64,000 bases of DNA, taken from the NCBI GenBank assembly GCA_964016885.1, contig OZ024759.1, forward strand, positions 9,920,001 through 9,984,000, written 5' to 3'. Of this stretch, positions 52,452 through 64,000 are shown one piece after another. The position numbers and the translations under genes were made by a program. Numbering within the stretch: position 1 is the stretch's first letter; each line of letters starts with the position of its first letter. The notes beneath the pieces were generated by a model. That model worked only from the letters and a program-made list of their open reading frames with translations. It was not told where the DNA came from and searched no databases. The DNA is from Eledone cirrhosa (lineage: Eukaryota).

Positions 52452-53586
52452 TCATCATCATCATCATCATCATCATCGTTTAACGTCCATATTCCACGCT
52501 TGCATGGATTTGGACGGGAGTTTTCCCACGTTAAGTAAGAGTGGTTGTCTTGTTCGCATAGGACTGTCTGGCGGGTTTTCTACAGTCCTATGCGAGCAAG
52601 ACAACCACTCTTGCCTCAAGTGGGAAAACTCCCGTCCAAAACCATGCAAGCGTGGATGGGTTTGGACGGGAGTTTTCCCACTTGAGGCAAGAGTGGTTGT
52701 CTTGCTCTCATAGGACTGTCTGGCGGGTTTTCTACAGTCCTATGCGAGCAAGACAACCACTCTTGCCTCAAGTGGGAAAACTCCCGTCCAAACCCATGCA
52801 AGCGTGGATGGGTTTGGACGGGAGTTTTCCTACTTGAGGCAAGAGTGGTTGTCTTGCTCGCATAGGACTGTCTGGCGGGTTTTCTACAGTCCTATGCGAG
52901 CAAGACAACCACTCTTGCCTCAAGTGGGAAAACTCCCGTCCAAACCCATGCAAGCGTGGATGGGTTTGGACGGGAGTTTTCCCACTTGAGGCAAGAGTGG
53001 TTGTCTTGCTCGCATAGGACTGTCTGGCGGGTTTTCTACAGTCCTATGCGAGCAAGACAACCACTCTTGCCTCAAGTGGGAAAACTCCCGTCCAAAACCA
53101 TGCAAGCGTGGATGGGTTTGGACGGGAGTTTTCCCACTTGAGGCAAGAGTGGTTGTCTTGCTCGCATAGGACTGTCTGGCGGGTTTTCTACAGTCCTATG
53201 CGAGCAAGACAACCACTCTTGCCTCAAGTGGGAAAACTCCCGTCCAAAACCATGCAAGCGTGGATGGGTTTGGACGGGAGTTTTCCCACTTGAGGCAAGA
53301 GTGGTTGTCTTGCTCGCATAGGACTGTCTGGCGGGTTTTCTACAGTCCTATGCGAGCAAGACAACCACTCTTGCCTCAAGTGGGAAAACTCCCGTCCAAA
53401 ACCATGCAAGCGTGGATGGGTTTGGACGGGAGTTTTCCCACTTGAAGTAAGAGTGGTTGTCTTGCTCGCATAGGACTGTAGAAAACCCGCCAGACAGTCC
53501 TATGAGAGCAAGACAGGACAGTCTGGCTATCCTGTCTTGCTCGCATAAAACTGTCTGGCGGGTTTTCTACGGTCCTATGCGAGCAA

Positions 53587-53590
<4 letters not shown>
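52450..53590. repeat. 152-bp-period alternating inverted array derived from an RTE 3' tail
   Basis: Unit = ~65-bp arm + ctggcgggttttct + inverted arm + gcaagcgtgg. Confidence 0.92.
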
Positions 53591-53621
<31 letters not shown>

Positions 53622-53771
53622 AGAGAGAGAGAGAGAGAGAGAGATGTGTGTTTTGAACAATGAAAACAAAAGGCGAAACATTAGAACTAAATTGATCACT
53701 TCATTGCTGTACGATCGTTTCAGAGGTTTATTGATCACGACAAATCGATAGATTGACTTACTGATAATGGT

Positions 53772-53848
<77 letters not shown>

Positions 53849-54029
53849 GTGTGTGTGTGTATATATATATATGTGTGTGTGTATATATATATATAATATA
53901 TATATATACATGTTCAAAAGCAGGCGAAACACCAGAGTAACAAGAGTCACTGTTTAGCCTTAATAAAATGAATATTTAAACTCTACCTCGGTATTGAGTA
54001 CTCTTTTCTCTCAGCCGTCAACTACATAC

Positions 54030-54281
54030 GGATATATATATATATACACACATACACACAACATTTATATCTATCTATATATAAACACTCTGCCTGGATA
54101 TATATATACACACACACACACAACTTTTATATCTCTCTATATATAAACACTCTGCCTGGATATATATATACACACACACACAACATTTATATCTATCTAT
54201 ATATAAACACACTGCCTGGATATATATACACACACACACACACACAGCATTTATATCTATCTATATATAAACACTCTGCTG

Positions 54282-54321
<40 letters not shown>

Positions 54322-54356
54322 ATTTATATCTATCTATATATAAACACTCTGCCTGG

Positions 54357-54400
<44 letters not shown>

Positions 54401-54498
54401 CATTTATATCTATCTATATATAAACACACTGCCTGGATATATATACACACACACACACACACAGCATTTATATCTATCTATATATAAACACTCTGCTG

Positions 54499-54538
<40 letters not shown>

Positions 54539-54760
54539 ATTTATATCTATCTATATATAAACACTCTGCCTGGATATATATATATATACACACACACACA
54601 CAACATTTATATCTATCTCTATATAAACACTCTGCCTGGATATATATACACACACACACACCATTTATATCTATCTATATATAAACACTCTGCCTGGATA
54701 TATATATATACACACACACACACACAACATTATATCTATCTACATATAAACACTGCCTGT
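54030..54760. repeat. Variable-length minisatellite (tttatatctatctatatataaacactctgcctgg + TA/CA runs)
   Basis: ~11 copies. Confidence 0.9.
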
Positions 54761-54828
54761 CTGTTGTGGACCACAACAGACAGGCAGACACCGGTTAATA
54801 TAAAACGTTGGAATAAATAAGAACTTAC

Positions 54829-55070
54829 CTGAAATGGTGGCTATAGATTAAATCAAACAGGAACGATTTCTTAATTAAGGTGAAAATGTGTATATAACGA
54901 GGTCGGTGAGAGAAATAGAGACATAGAGATACGGTGCCGGGTTAAATGCAGTAGACGTTCCTGTGTACAGAATAGAACCCTCTTTCGTTAGATCCACCCT
55001 TCTCGGGAGATGTGAAGCAATTGACGAGATTCTCATCGAGATACCCCGTCCCTTGGTCGATGTGTAAGGG
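54829..55070 (-). promoter_or_regulatory. Candidate non-coding first exon / promoter region of MFSD10
   Basis: Consensus CAG|GTAAGT donor at 54829/54828 in a non-repetitive, locally CpG-rich stretch. An in-frame TAA just upstream fits a 5' UTR. The 5' boundary is approximate. Confidence 0.5.
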
Positions 55071-55600
55071 GGGGGAGCAGGAGAGGATGAAAGACTAGAA
55101 GTTGAAAGGAGAGAGGATGGGTGTGTGTGTGTGTGATTGGAGAGAGGGTGAGAAAGGAAGGCGTGGTAAGGAAATGATTTGAAATGAGAGAAAGAAAGTT
55201 TGTGACAGAGAGAAAGAGAGAAACAAGGGGTATGCGTGAAATTGTGTGTGTGTGTGTGTGTGTGTACGTACATATATGTATATGTGTGTGAGTGTGTACG
55301 TACATATATGTATGTGTGTATGCGTGTGTGTGTATATATATATGTATGTATATTTATATATATATATATATATATATAGGCGTGAAGGCGTGTGGCTGAG
55401 TGGTTAGAGAATTGGATTCGCAATCGTAAGGTTGTGAGTTCGATTCCTGGACCGGGCGATGCGTTATGTCCTTGAGCAAGACACTTTATTTCACGTTGCT
55501 CCTTCTACCTGGAGTTGCGACCGATAGATAGTATTAGCAATTGGAAAGACCAACGGAAACGTTGTTCCCTCGGTCCGATTTGACGAAAGTCGATCGTTCC

Positions 55601-55632
<32 letters not shown>

Positions 55633-55966
55633 AATTATATCTCATATAAAATAATACAACTGGCTTTCCACAAAATACATATAGTTAGCACCCCAAACAT
55701 AAAATTGGGATTATACTAAGGTATATCCTAATGTTTGTTGAGTGAGACGGTAGCCAGTCAGAGTATAGCTTAATGCTTTCTCTGTTAATGTATTGTATAT
55801 ATATATATATATATATATATTAAAGAGTTAAACAAGATTCAATGAGTATATCAAAGAATGAGTTTTACAGTAGATTGGAAGCACTCTACAGTTAAAAAAT
55901 ATTTTCCAGAGTTATTTTTATTAAAATTCAAATATTAATAAAATAGATGTTCTTGTGATCAATTAA

Positions 55967-56032
55967 ATTTTATTATACATATTTCAGAGATACTTGAATC
56001 AGGTTCCACAGTACGTCCTCATCAGATAAAAT
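55967..56032 (-). ncRNA. Hammerhead motif (left arm of palindrome)
   Basis: Reverse complement of 56048-56113 with one mismatch. Confidence 0.6.
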
Positions 56033-56047
56033 AAAATGATACATTTT

Positions 56048-56113
56048 ATTTTATCTGATGAGGACGTACTGTGGAACCTGATTCAAGTACCTCTGAAATA
56101 TGTATAATAAAAT
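56048..56113 (+). ncRNA. Minimal type I hammerhead motif
   Basis: ATTTTAT-CTGATGA-GGACGTAC...GTACCTCT-GAAA T ATGT A TA-ATAAAAT; perfect 7-bp stem I. Confidence 0.7.
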
Positions 56114-56153
56114 TTAATTGATCACAAGAACATCTATTTTATTAATATTTGAA

Positions 56154-56245
<92 letters not shown>

Positions 56246-56659
56246 ATATATACATGCCGACATACGTACATATATACCTGTGCATACATACATGCCTATA
56301 TACATACATGCCTATATATATATTATATATATATATATATACATACATATATATATATTATATATATATATATACATATATATATATGCATATACACACA
56401 CATATATACATACATACATACATACACTTATATACATATATACATACACTTATATACATACACTTATATACATATATACATACACTTATATACATATATA
56501 CATACACTTATATACATATTTACATACACTTATATACATACATGTGTGTATTTATATATACTATAAGAAGACTTGATAGTGATAATTGTTTCTACGTTTG
56601 GCACAAGGCCAGCAATTACCCAGTGCATTACTGGTACTTTATTTGATAGTAATAATGTT

Positions 56660-57050
56660 CATCATCATTTCATCATCATCATTTTACGTCCACTTTTCCC
56701 TGCTTGCAAGGGTGGGACGGAAACTGATTCTGGCTTGATTTCTACAACTGGATGCCCTTCCTAACACCAACCTCATTTACAGTGAGTGCTGGGTGCTTTT
56801 TTGCCATGGCACCTCCACAACCACTTTGCAGTGGAATGATAGGGACCCCAGTCCCTATCATCTCATTTCTACAGCTGAGTAAACTGGAGCAATGTGAAAT
56901 AAAGTGTCTTGCTCAAGGACACAGTAAACTGGAGCAATGTGAAATAAAGTGTCTTGCTCAAGGAAACAACACATCACCCGGTCTGAGAATTGAACTCACA
57001 ACCTTTCGATTGCAAGCCCAATGCTCTAACCACTAAGCCATGTGCCTCCA
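56660..57050 (-). mobile_element. CORE-type tRNA SINE with RTE tail
   Basis: Homologous to 19650; internal ~45-bp duplication. Confidence 0.85.
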
Positions 57051-57069
57051 TTGTTATCCTAAATAATTA

Positions 57070-57520
57070 GATAGATTTCTTTATTTGCCACAAAGGCACA
57101 CAAGAAATGGGACATTACGGGACGTGTCGGCAGGGGTTTTACATTTAAACATGTAAACAGTTTTAACAATTATAAAATAAATAATAAACAATCAAAATCC
57201 TCAATAGGGGGTAACATTACAACTGGGTTGTTTTACACGCTGTAGACAGAACAACCCTCAACACCAGGAACATGTTTTGCAAGAGCTCCTGTCTTCTCTC
57301 TCTTGTCCTCCACCACCTACAGGTTTATGTACAGTGTAGGCCCATTTATTCCATTTTCACAACATTCACCCAAATTTCAGCAAATCTACTGAGGTGCAGT
57401 GCCTCTCTCTCCACTCTCACCCTTCTTCTGAAATGGTATTTGAAGAAGGTAATGAGGTCCGGAGAGGAAGGGCGTTTGCCCTCAGCCCTAACTCCTTAAC
57501 AAAGGTAATCACAGCTGGGA
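57070..57520 (-). mobile_element. Probable L1/Tx1-type LINE 3' fragment
   Basis: LITFFKYHFRRRVRVERE....RFAEIW C-terminal pattern. Confidence 0.5.
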
Positions 57521-57809
57521 TACTTTTAATCTGATGTCCCTCTACTCCAGAGGTTCTCAAAGGGGGCGCTACCGGAGAGCATTGGGAAGGTCCAGGTGGC
57601 GCTGGTGGTAGAGATGATATAATAGTATATCAAATGACACATACTATATAAATATAGTAAAATAAAGGAAGTAGCCCAGCGAGGCAGGGTGGCTGTTGCA
57701 GCTGGCCATTCTCTGTGGGACACAGCCCAAATACTGCCCAACCCTTGGCTCAGAGCCCATCACCCCCTCTCCCTTTCTTCTGTGGCCCAAAGGTCCTCAC
57801 TTTTTCCTC

Positions 57810-60800
57810 TTGTTTCTTCTCTGCAGACCTTCTCCTGTCCAGCTCTCCTAAGAGTGTCTTCTCTGCAGACCTTCTCCTGTCCAGCTCTCCTAAGAGTGTC
57901 TTCTCTGAAGACCTTCTGCTGTCCAGCTGTCCTGAGAGTGTCTTCTCTGCAGAACTTCTGCTGTCCAGCCCTCCTGAGAGTGTCTTCTCTGCCGACCTTC
58001 TGTTGTCCAGCTCTCCTGAGAGTTTCTTCTCTGCAGACCTTCTGTTGTCCAGCTCTCCTGAGAGTTTCTTCTCTGCAGACCTTCTGTTGTCCAGCTCTCC
58101 TGAGAGTTTCTTCTCTGCAGACCTTCTGTTGTCCAGCTCTCCTGAGAGTGTCTTCTCTGCCGACCTTCTGTTGTCCAGCTCTCCTGAGAGTTTCTTCTCT
58201 GCAGACCTTCTGTTGTCCAGTTCTCCTGAGAGTTTCTTCTCTGCAGACCTTCTGTTGTCCAGTTCTCCTGAGAGTTTCTTCTCTGAAGACCTTCTGTTGT
58301 CCAGCTCTCCTGAGAGTGTCTTCTCTGCAGACCTTCTGCTGTCCAGCTCTCCTGAGAGTGTCTTCTCTGCAGACCTTCTGTTGTCCAGCTCTCCTGAGAG
58401 TTTCTTCTCTGAAGACCTTCTGTTGTTCAGCTCTCCTGAGAGTTTCTTCTCTGAAGACCTTCTGTTGTCCAGCTCTCCTGAGAGTGTCTTCTCTGCAGAC
58501 CTTCTGTTGTCCAGCTCTCCTGAGAGTTTCTTCTCTGCAGACCAGCTCTCCTGAGAGTTTCTTCTCTGCTGTCCAGCTCTCCTGAGAGTTTCTTCTCTGA
58601 AGACCTTCTGTTGTCCAGCTCTCCTGAGAGTTTCTTCTCTACAGACCAGCTCTCCTGAGAGTTTCTTCTCTGCTGTCCAGCTCTCCTGAGAGTTTCTTCT
58701 CTGCAGACCTTCTGTTGTCCAGCTCTCTTGTGAGTTTCTTCTCTGAAGACCTTCTGTTGTCCAGCTCTCCTGAGAGTTTCTTCTCTACAGACCTTCTGCT
58801 GTCCAGCTCTCCTGAGAGTGTCTTCTCTGCAGATATTCTGCTGTCCAGCTCTCCTGAGAGTTTCTTCTCTGAAGACCTTCTGTTGTCCAGCTCTCCTGAG
58901 AGTGTCTTCTCTGCAGACCTTCTGTTGTCCAGCTCTCCTGAGAGTTTCTTCTCTGAAGACCTTCTGTTGTTCAGCTCTCCTGAGAGTTTCTTCTCTGAAG
59001 ACCTTCTGTTGTCCAGCTCTCCTGAGAGTGTCTTCTCTGCAGACCTTCTGTTGTCCAGCTCTCCTGAGAGTTTCTTCTCTGCAGACCAGCTCTCCTGAGA
59101 GTTTCTTCTCTGCTGTCCAGCTCTCCTGAGAGTTTCTTCTCTGAAGACCTTCTGTTGTCCAGCTCTCCTGAGAGTTTCTTCTCTGAAGACCTTCTGTTGT
59201 CCAGCTCTCCTGAGAGTGTCTTCTCTGCAGACCTTCTGTTGTCCAGCTCTCCTGAGAGTTTCTTCTCTACAGACCAGCTCTCCTGAGAGTTTCTTCTCTG
59301 CTGTCCAGCTCTCCTGAGAGTTTCTTCTCTGCAGACCTTCTGTTGTCCAGCTCTCTTGTGAGTTTCTTCTCTGAAGACCTTCTGTTGTCCAGCTCTCCTG
59401 AGAGTTTCTTCTCTACAGACCTTCTGCTGTCCAGCTCTCCTGAGAGTGTCTTCTCTGCAGATATTCTGCTGTCCAGCTCTCCTGAGAGTTTCTTCTCTGA
59501 AGACCTTCTGTTGTCCAGCTCTCCTGAGAGTGTCTTCTCTGCAGACCTTCTGTTGTCCAGCTCTCCTGAGAGTTTCTTCTCTGCAGACCAGCTCTCCTGA
59601 GAGTTTCTTCTCTGCTGTCCAGCTCTCCTGAGAGTTTCTTCTCTGCAGACCTTCTGTTGTCCAGCTCTCCTGAGAGTTTCTTCTCTACAGACCTTCTGCT
59701 GTCCAGCTCTCCTGAGAGTTTCTTCTCTACAGACCTTCTGCTGTCCAGCTCTCCTGAGAGTTTCTTCTCTGAAGACCTTCTGCTGTCCAGCTCTCCTGAG
59801 AGTGTCTTTTCTGCAGACATTCTGCTGTCCAGCTCTCCTGAGAGTTTCTTCTCTGAAGACCTTCTGTTGTCCAGCTCTCCTGAGAGTGTCTTCTCTGCAG
59901 ACCTTCTGTTGTCCAGCTCTCCTGAGAGTTTCTTCTCTGAAGACCTTCTGTTGTTCAGCTCTCCTGAGAGTTTCTTCTCTGAAGACCTTCTGTTGTCCAG
60001 CTCTCCTGAGAGTGTCTTCTCTGCAGACCTTCTGTTGTCCAGCTCTCCTGAGAGTTTCTTCTCTGCAGACCAGCTCTCCTGAGAGTTTCTTCTCTGCTGT
60101 CCAGCTCTCCTGAGAGTTTCTTCTCTGAAGACCTTCTGTTGTCCAGCTCTCCTGAGAGTTTCTTCTCTGAAGACCTTCTGTTGTCCAGCTCTCCTGAGAG
60201 TGTCTTCTCTGCAGACCTTCTGTTGTCCAGCTCTCCTGAGAGTTTCTTCTCTACAGACCAGCTCTCCTGAGAGTTTCTTCTCTGCTGTCCAGCTCTCCTG
60301 AGAGTTTCTTCTCTGCAGACCTTCTGTTGTCCAGCTCTCTTGTGAGTTTCTTCTCTGAAGACCTTCTGTTGTCCAGCTCTCCTGAGAGTTTCTTCTCTAC
60401 AGACCTTCTGCTGTCCAGCTCTCCTGAGAGTGTCTTCTCTGCAGATATTCTGCTGTCCAGCTCTCCTGAGAGTTTCTTCTCTGAAGACCTTCTGTTGTCC
60501 AGCTCTCCTGAGAGTGTCTTCTCTGCAGACCTTCTGTTGTCCAGCTCTCCTGAGAGTTTCTTCTCTGCAGACCAGCTCTCCTGAGAGTTTCTTCTCTGCT
60601 GTCCAGCTCTCCTGAGAGTTTCTTCTCTGCAGACCTTCTGTTGTCCAGCTCTCCTGAGAGTTTCTTCTCTACAGACCTTCTGCTGTCCAGCTCTCCTGAG
60701 AGTTTCTTCTCTACAGACCTTCTGCTGTCCAGCTCTCCTGAGAGTTTCTTCTCTGAAGACCTTCTGCTGTCCAGCTCTCCTGAGAGTGTCTTTTCTGCAG

Positions 60801-61110
60801 ACATTCTGCTGTCCAGCTCTCCTGAGAGTTTCTTCTCTGCAGACCTTCTGTTGTCCAGCTCTCCTGAGAGTTTCTTCTCTGAAGACCTTCTGCTGTCCAG
60901 CTCTCCTGAGAGTTTCTTCTCTGCAGACCTTCTGTTGTCCAGCTCTCTTGTGAGTTTCTTCTCTGAAGACCTTCTGCTGTCCAGCTCTCCTGAGAGTTTC
61001 TTCTCTGCAGACCTTCTGTTGTCCAGCTCTCTTGTGAGTTTCTTCTCTGAAGACCTTCTGCTGTCCAGCTCTCCTGAGAGTGTCTTTTCTGCAGACATTC
61101 TGCTGTCCAA
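57810..61110. repeat. 39-bp minisatellite (~85 units) with higher-order 984-bp duplication
   Basis: gtccagctctcctgagagtttcttctctgcagaccttct unit; blocks at 59343/60327 and 59657/60641 repeat. Confidence 0.95.
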
Positions 61111-61744
61111 CCACATGTAGTTCAGTAACTAAGCAATGTAAACAATGGTTTCTGATTTAGACACATGGCCAACAATTTTGGGGGAGGGAAATGTCGATTA
61201 AATCAACTCCAGTACTTTACTGGTACTTTATTTTATTAACTGTGAGAATGAAAACCAAAGCTAACCTCAGCAGGATTTTAAATCAGAAAGGGGAAGGGGT
61301 TGGGCTCACACCCGCAGTTGGGCAACTCCACCCCCCACCACCCTACAGATAAACAGATGCATGCAACCTCTCATATTGAATCTATAAAGAATGATTGATT
61401 GACTGCTCAGGTGACGTCACTGCATCTCATGCCCCCATCCCCCAATCACCACGGTAACAAGGGAATGAGATATTGCAAGTTGACATTACTGTAACATACT
61501 GTCCTGTCTCGCCTGACAATATGTTACACTAACATTGACTTAACGACACAGACATTCAATAAGACAATATATTGAATTGAATTATTTTATTCATTCCGGA
61601 AGGATGAAATGTAAAATTAACTCTGTGGGATTTGAACTCAGAACACAGCAAGACAATTTCTCCAACTCTTCTGCCATATAACAAGTTTCTAATTTAGACA
61701 CAAGGCCAGCAATTTTGGGGGAAGAAGAAGGGGAAAAGTTGATT

Positions 61745-62725
61745 ATCATCATCATCATCATCATTTCATTTTATGTCCGCTTTTCCCTGCTTGCAAGGGT
61801 GGGACGGGAACTGATTCTGGCTTGATTTCTACAGCTGGATGCCCTTCCTAACACCAACCTCATTTACAGTGAGTGCTGGGTGCTTTTTTTGCCGTGGCAC
61901 CTCCACGACCACTTTACAGTGGAATGATAGGGACCCCAGTCCCTATCATCTCATTTCTACAGCTGAGTAAACTGGAGCAATGTGAAATAAAGTGTCTTGC
62001 TCAAGGAAACAACACATCACCCGGTCTGAGAATTGAACTCACAACCTTTCGATTGCAAGCCCAATGCTCTAACCACTAAGTCATGTGCCTCCATTATATC
62101 ATCATCATCATCACCGTTTTACGTCCGTTTTTCCACGCTAGCATGGGTTAGACGGGTTGTCCTGTTGTGTGCAGTGTCTGGTCGGCTGACCATGCCTTGC
62201 TCATACAGGAACTGATCTGGCTTGATTTCTACAGCTGGATGCCCTTCCTAACACCAACCTCATTTACAGTGAGTGCTGGGTGCTTTTTCGTGGCGCCTAC
62301 ACGTCCACTTTACAGTGTGGGCTGGGTGCTTTATTGCCGTGGCACCTCCACGACCACCTTGCGGTGGGGGGTGTGGGGGCATATTGTTTATATGCTTCAA
62401 CATGTACCCATGGGAGGTCGGGTACTCTGTATTACTGCGTGACGCCCGAAGTCACGGTCGTGTGTCATTGTCTTTGAGAGGTGTAATTGGGTAAGGTCGG
62501 CTTTTATCACCTCATCCCAGGTCATCTTGGGTCTCCCCACTCCGCAGTTTCCATCAACTTCTAGTGCTCTGCACCTTTTTATGCAGCTGTCATCCTTCAT
62601 ACACATCACATGTCCATACCAATGCCACCGCCTCTCCTGCACACAGCATTTGATTCCTCTTATGCTCAGTCTCTCTCTCAATTCATTTATGCTTTGTCGT
62701 TCACGTATATTACTGTTACACATCA
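61745..62725 (-). mobile_element. CORE SINE (61745-62092) adjacent to an RTE 3' fragment (62095-62725)
   Basis: Homology to copies above. Confidence 0.85.
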
Positions 62726-62889
62726 ACCCTAATATTTAATTGGTACTTTCATTTCTCCATTCTGAAAGGCAACGTTGACCTCTGCAGGATTTGAACTCAG
62801 AATGTAGAAAACCATGACCAAATACTTCAAAACATTTTGTCTGACGCTCTACCAATTCCCCAGCATAACAACAACAATGGTAACAATAA

Positions 62890-63775
62890 TAACAATCGTT
62901 TCTACTTTTGGCACAAGGCCTGCAATTATCCCAGTGTATTACTGGTACTTTATTTTATCGACCCCGTAAGGATGAAAAGCAAAGTTAACCTCGGCGGGAT
63001 TTGAACTCAGATCATAAAGGGACGTAACTCTTTGCTGCAAAGCATGGCGTCCGACCCTCTACCGATACTGCCAATCCACCACGTAAGGATGATAAGCAAA
63101 GTTAACCTCAGCAGGATTTGAACTCAGGGCCATAACTCTATGCTGCAAAGCATGTTTTCTGATGCTCTACCGATACTGCCAAAAATAATTGTTTCTACTT
63201 TAGGCACAAGGCCAGCAATTATCCCAGTGCATTACTGGTACTTTATTTTATCGACCCCGTAAGGATGAAAGGCAAAGTTAACCTCGGCGGGATTTGAACT
63301 CAGACCATAAACGGATCTCCCTGAGAACTAGACTGTACCTGTAATTTACAGGGCCAGCATATTCACACGTGTCATGCTGGATCTCCCTGAGAACTAGACT
63401 GTACCTGTAATTCAAAGAGCCAGCATTGCTACACACTGTGTCATGCAGGATCTCCCTGACAAATATCTTAAGAGTACATATGTCTGTGAAATGCTCAATA
63501 AAGGGCTGTACCTTTATACCTCAAAGCATGACCAACGCTCTACCGATTCTGCTAATTCAGCACCCTAATAATATAATAATAATAATTGTTTCTACTTTTG
63601 GCACAAGGCCAGCAATTATCCGAGTGTATTACTGGTACTTTATTTTATCGACCCCGTAAGGATGAAAGGCAAAGTTAACCTTGGCAGTATTTGAACTCAG
63701 AATGGCAAGGGCCGTAACTCTATGCGTCAAAGCATGGCGTCCGACCCTCTACCGATACTGCCAATCCACCGCCCT
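62890..63775 (-). mobile_element. Cluster of Meta-core SINE copies and other SINE fragments
   Basis: Reverse complement of the 266-type element at 62890, 63185 and 63580. Confidence 0.8.
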
Positions 63776-64000
63776 GGTTACTGCCAAAAATAATAGCCTT
63801 GTGATAACTTACTGAGTAATCTCTGCCAACAGACCAGATATCATCATAAAAAACAGATCATACATGTCGCCGTCTAGATATTTCTTTCTGACAAGAAGGT
63901 TGACTCCAGATCAGAAGGCTGCGTGTTCATATCACATCGGGGTCACCACTTTAGTGAATTGGTCACAGGGTTATTTACTTTGGTAAACGCCACTGCAGGC

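Larger units (their letters stand above)
55919..56161. repeat. 120-bp-arm palindrome (3-nt loop) carrying hammerheads
   Basis: Axis 56040, one mismatch seen. Confidence 0.95.

Overview
AT-rich, very repeat-dense animal genomic DNA. The SINE and LINE families resemble those known from octopods; this is an inference and the species cannot be determined. The only host gene I can support is the 5' part of MFSD10 (tetracycline-transporter-like MFS protein) on the minus strand. It has six GT-AG coding exons between 25139 and 2072 that splice in frame, and probably a non-coding first exon ending at 54829; the 3' exons lie beyond the left edge. The rest is introns or intergenic DNA with tRNA-derived SINEs, RTE/R4/CRE/Tx1 LINE fragments, a Buster-type hAT remnant, TTAA-flanked MITEs carrying a 72-bp satellite, and many minisatellites. 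Nearly all long ORFs in the ORF track are repeat artefacts. Three things stand out. (1) About nine type I hammerhead ribozyme motifs of several sequence families lie in short inserts within (TA)n tracts; many of these inserts form long fold-back palindromes with Penelope-like architecture. (2) The 3' splice site of one MFSD10 exon is tandemly amplified 12 times in mostly frame-preserving 63/66-nt units, each with an AG|GTAGGT junction. (3) A 152-bp alternating inverted array is built from a LINE tail.
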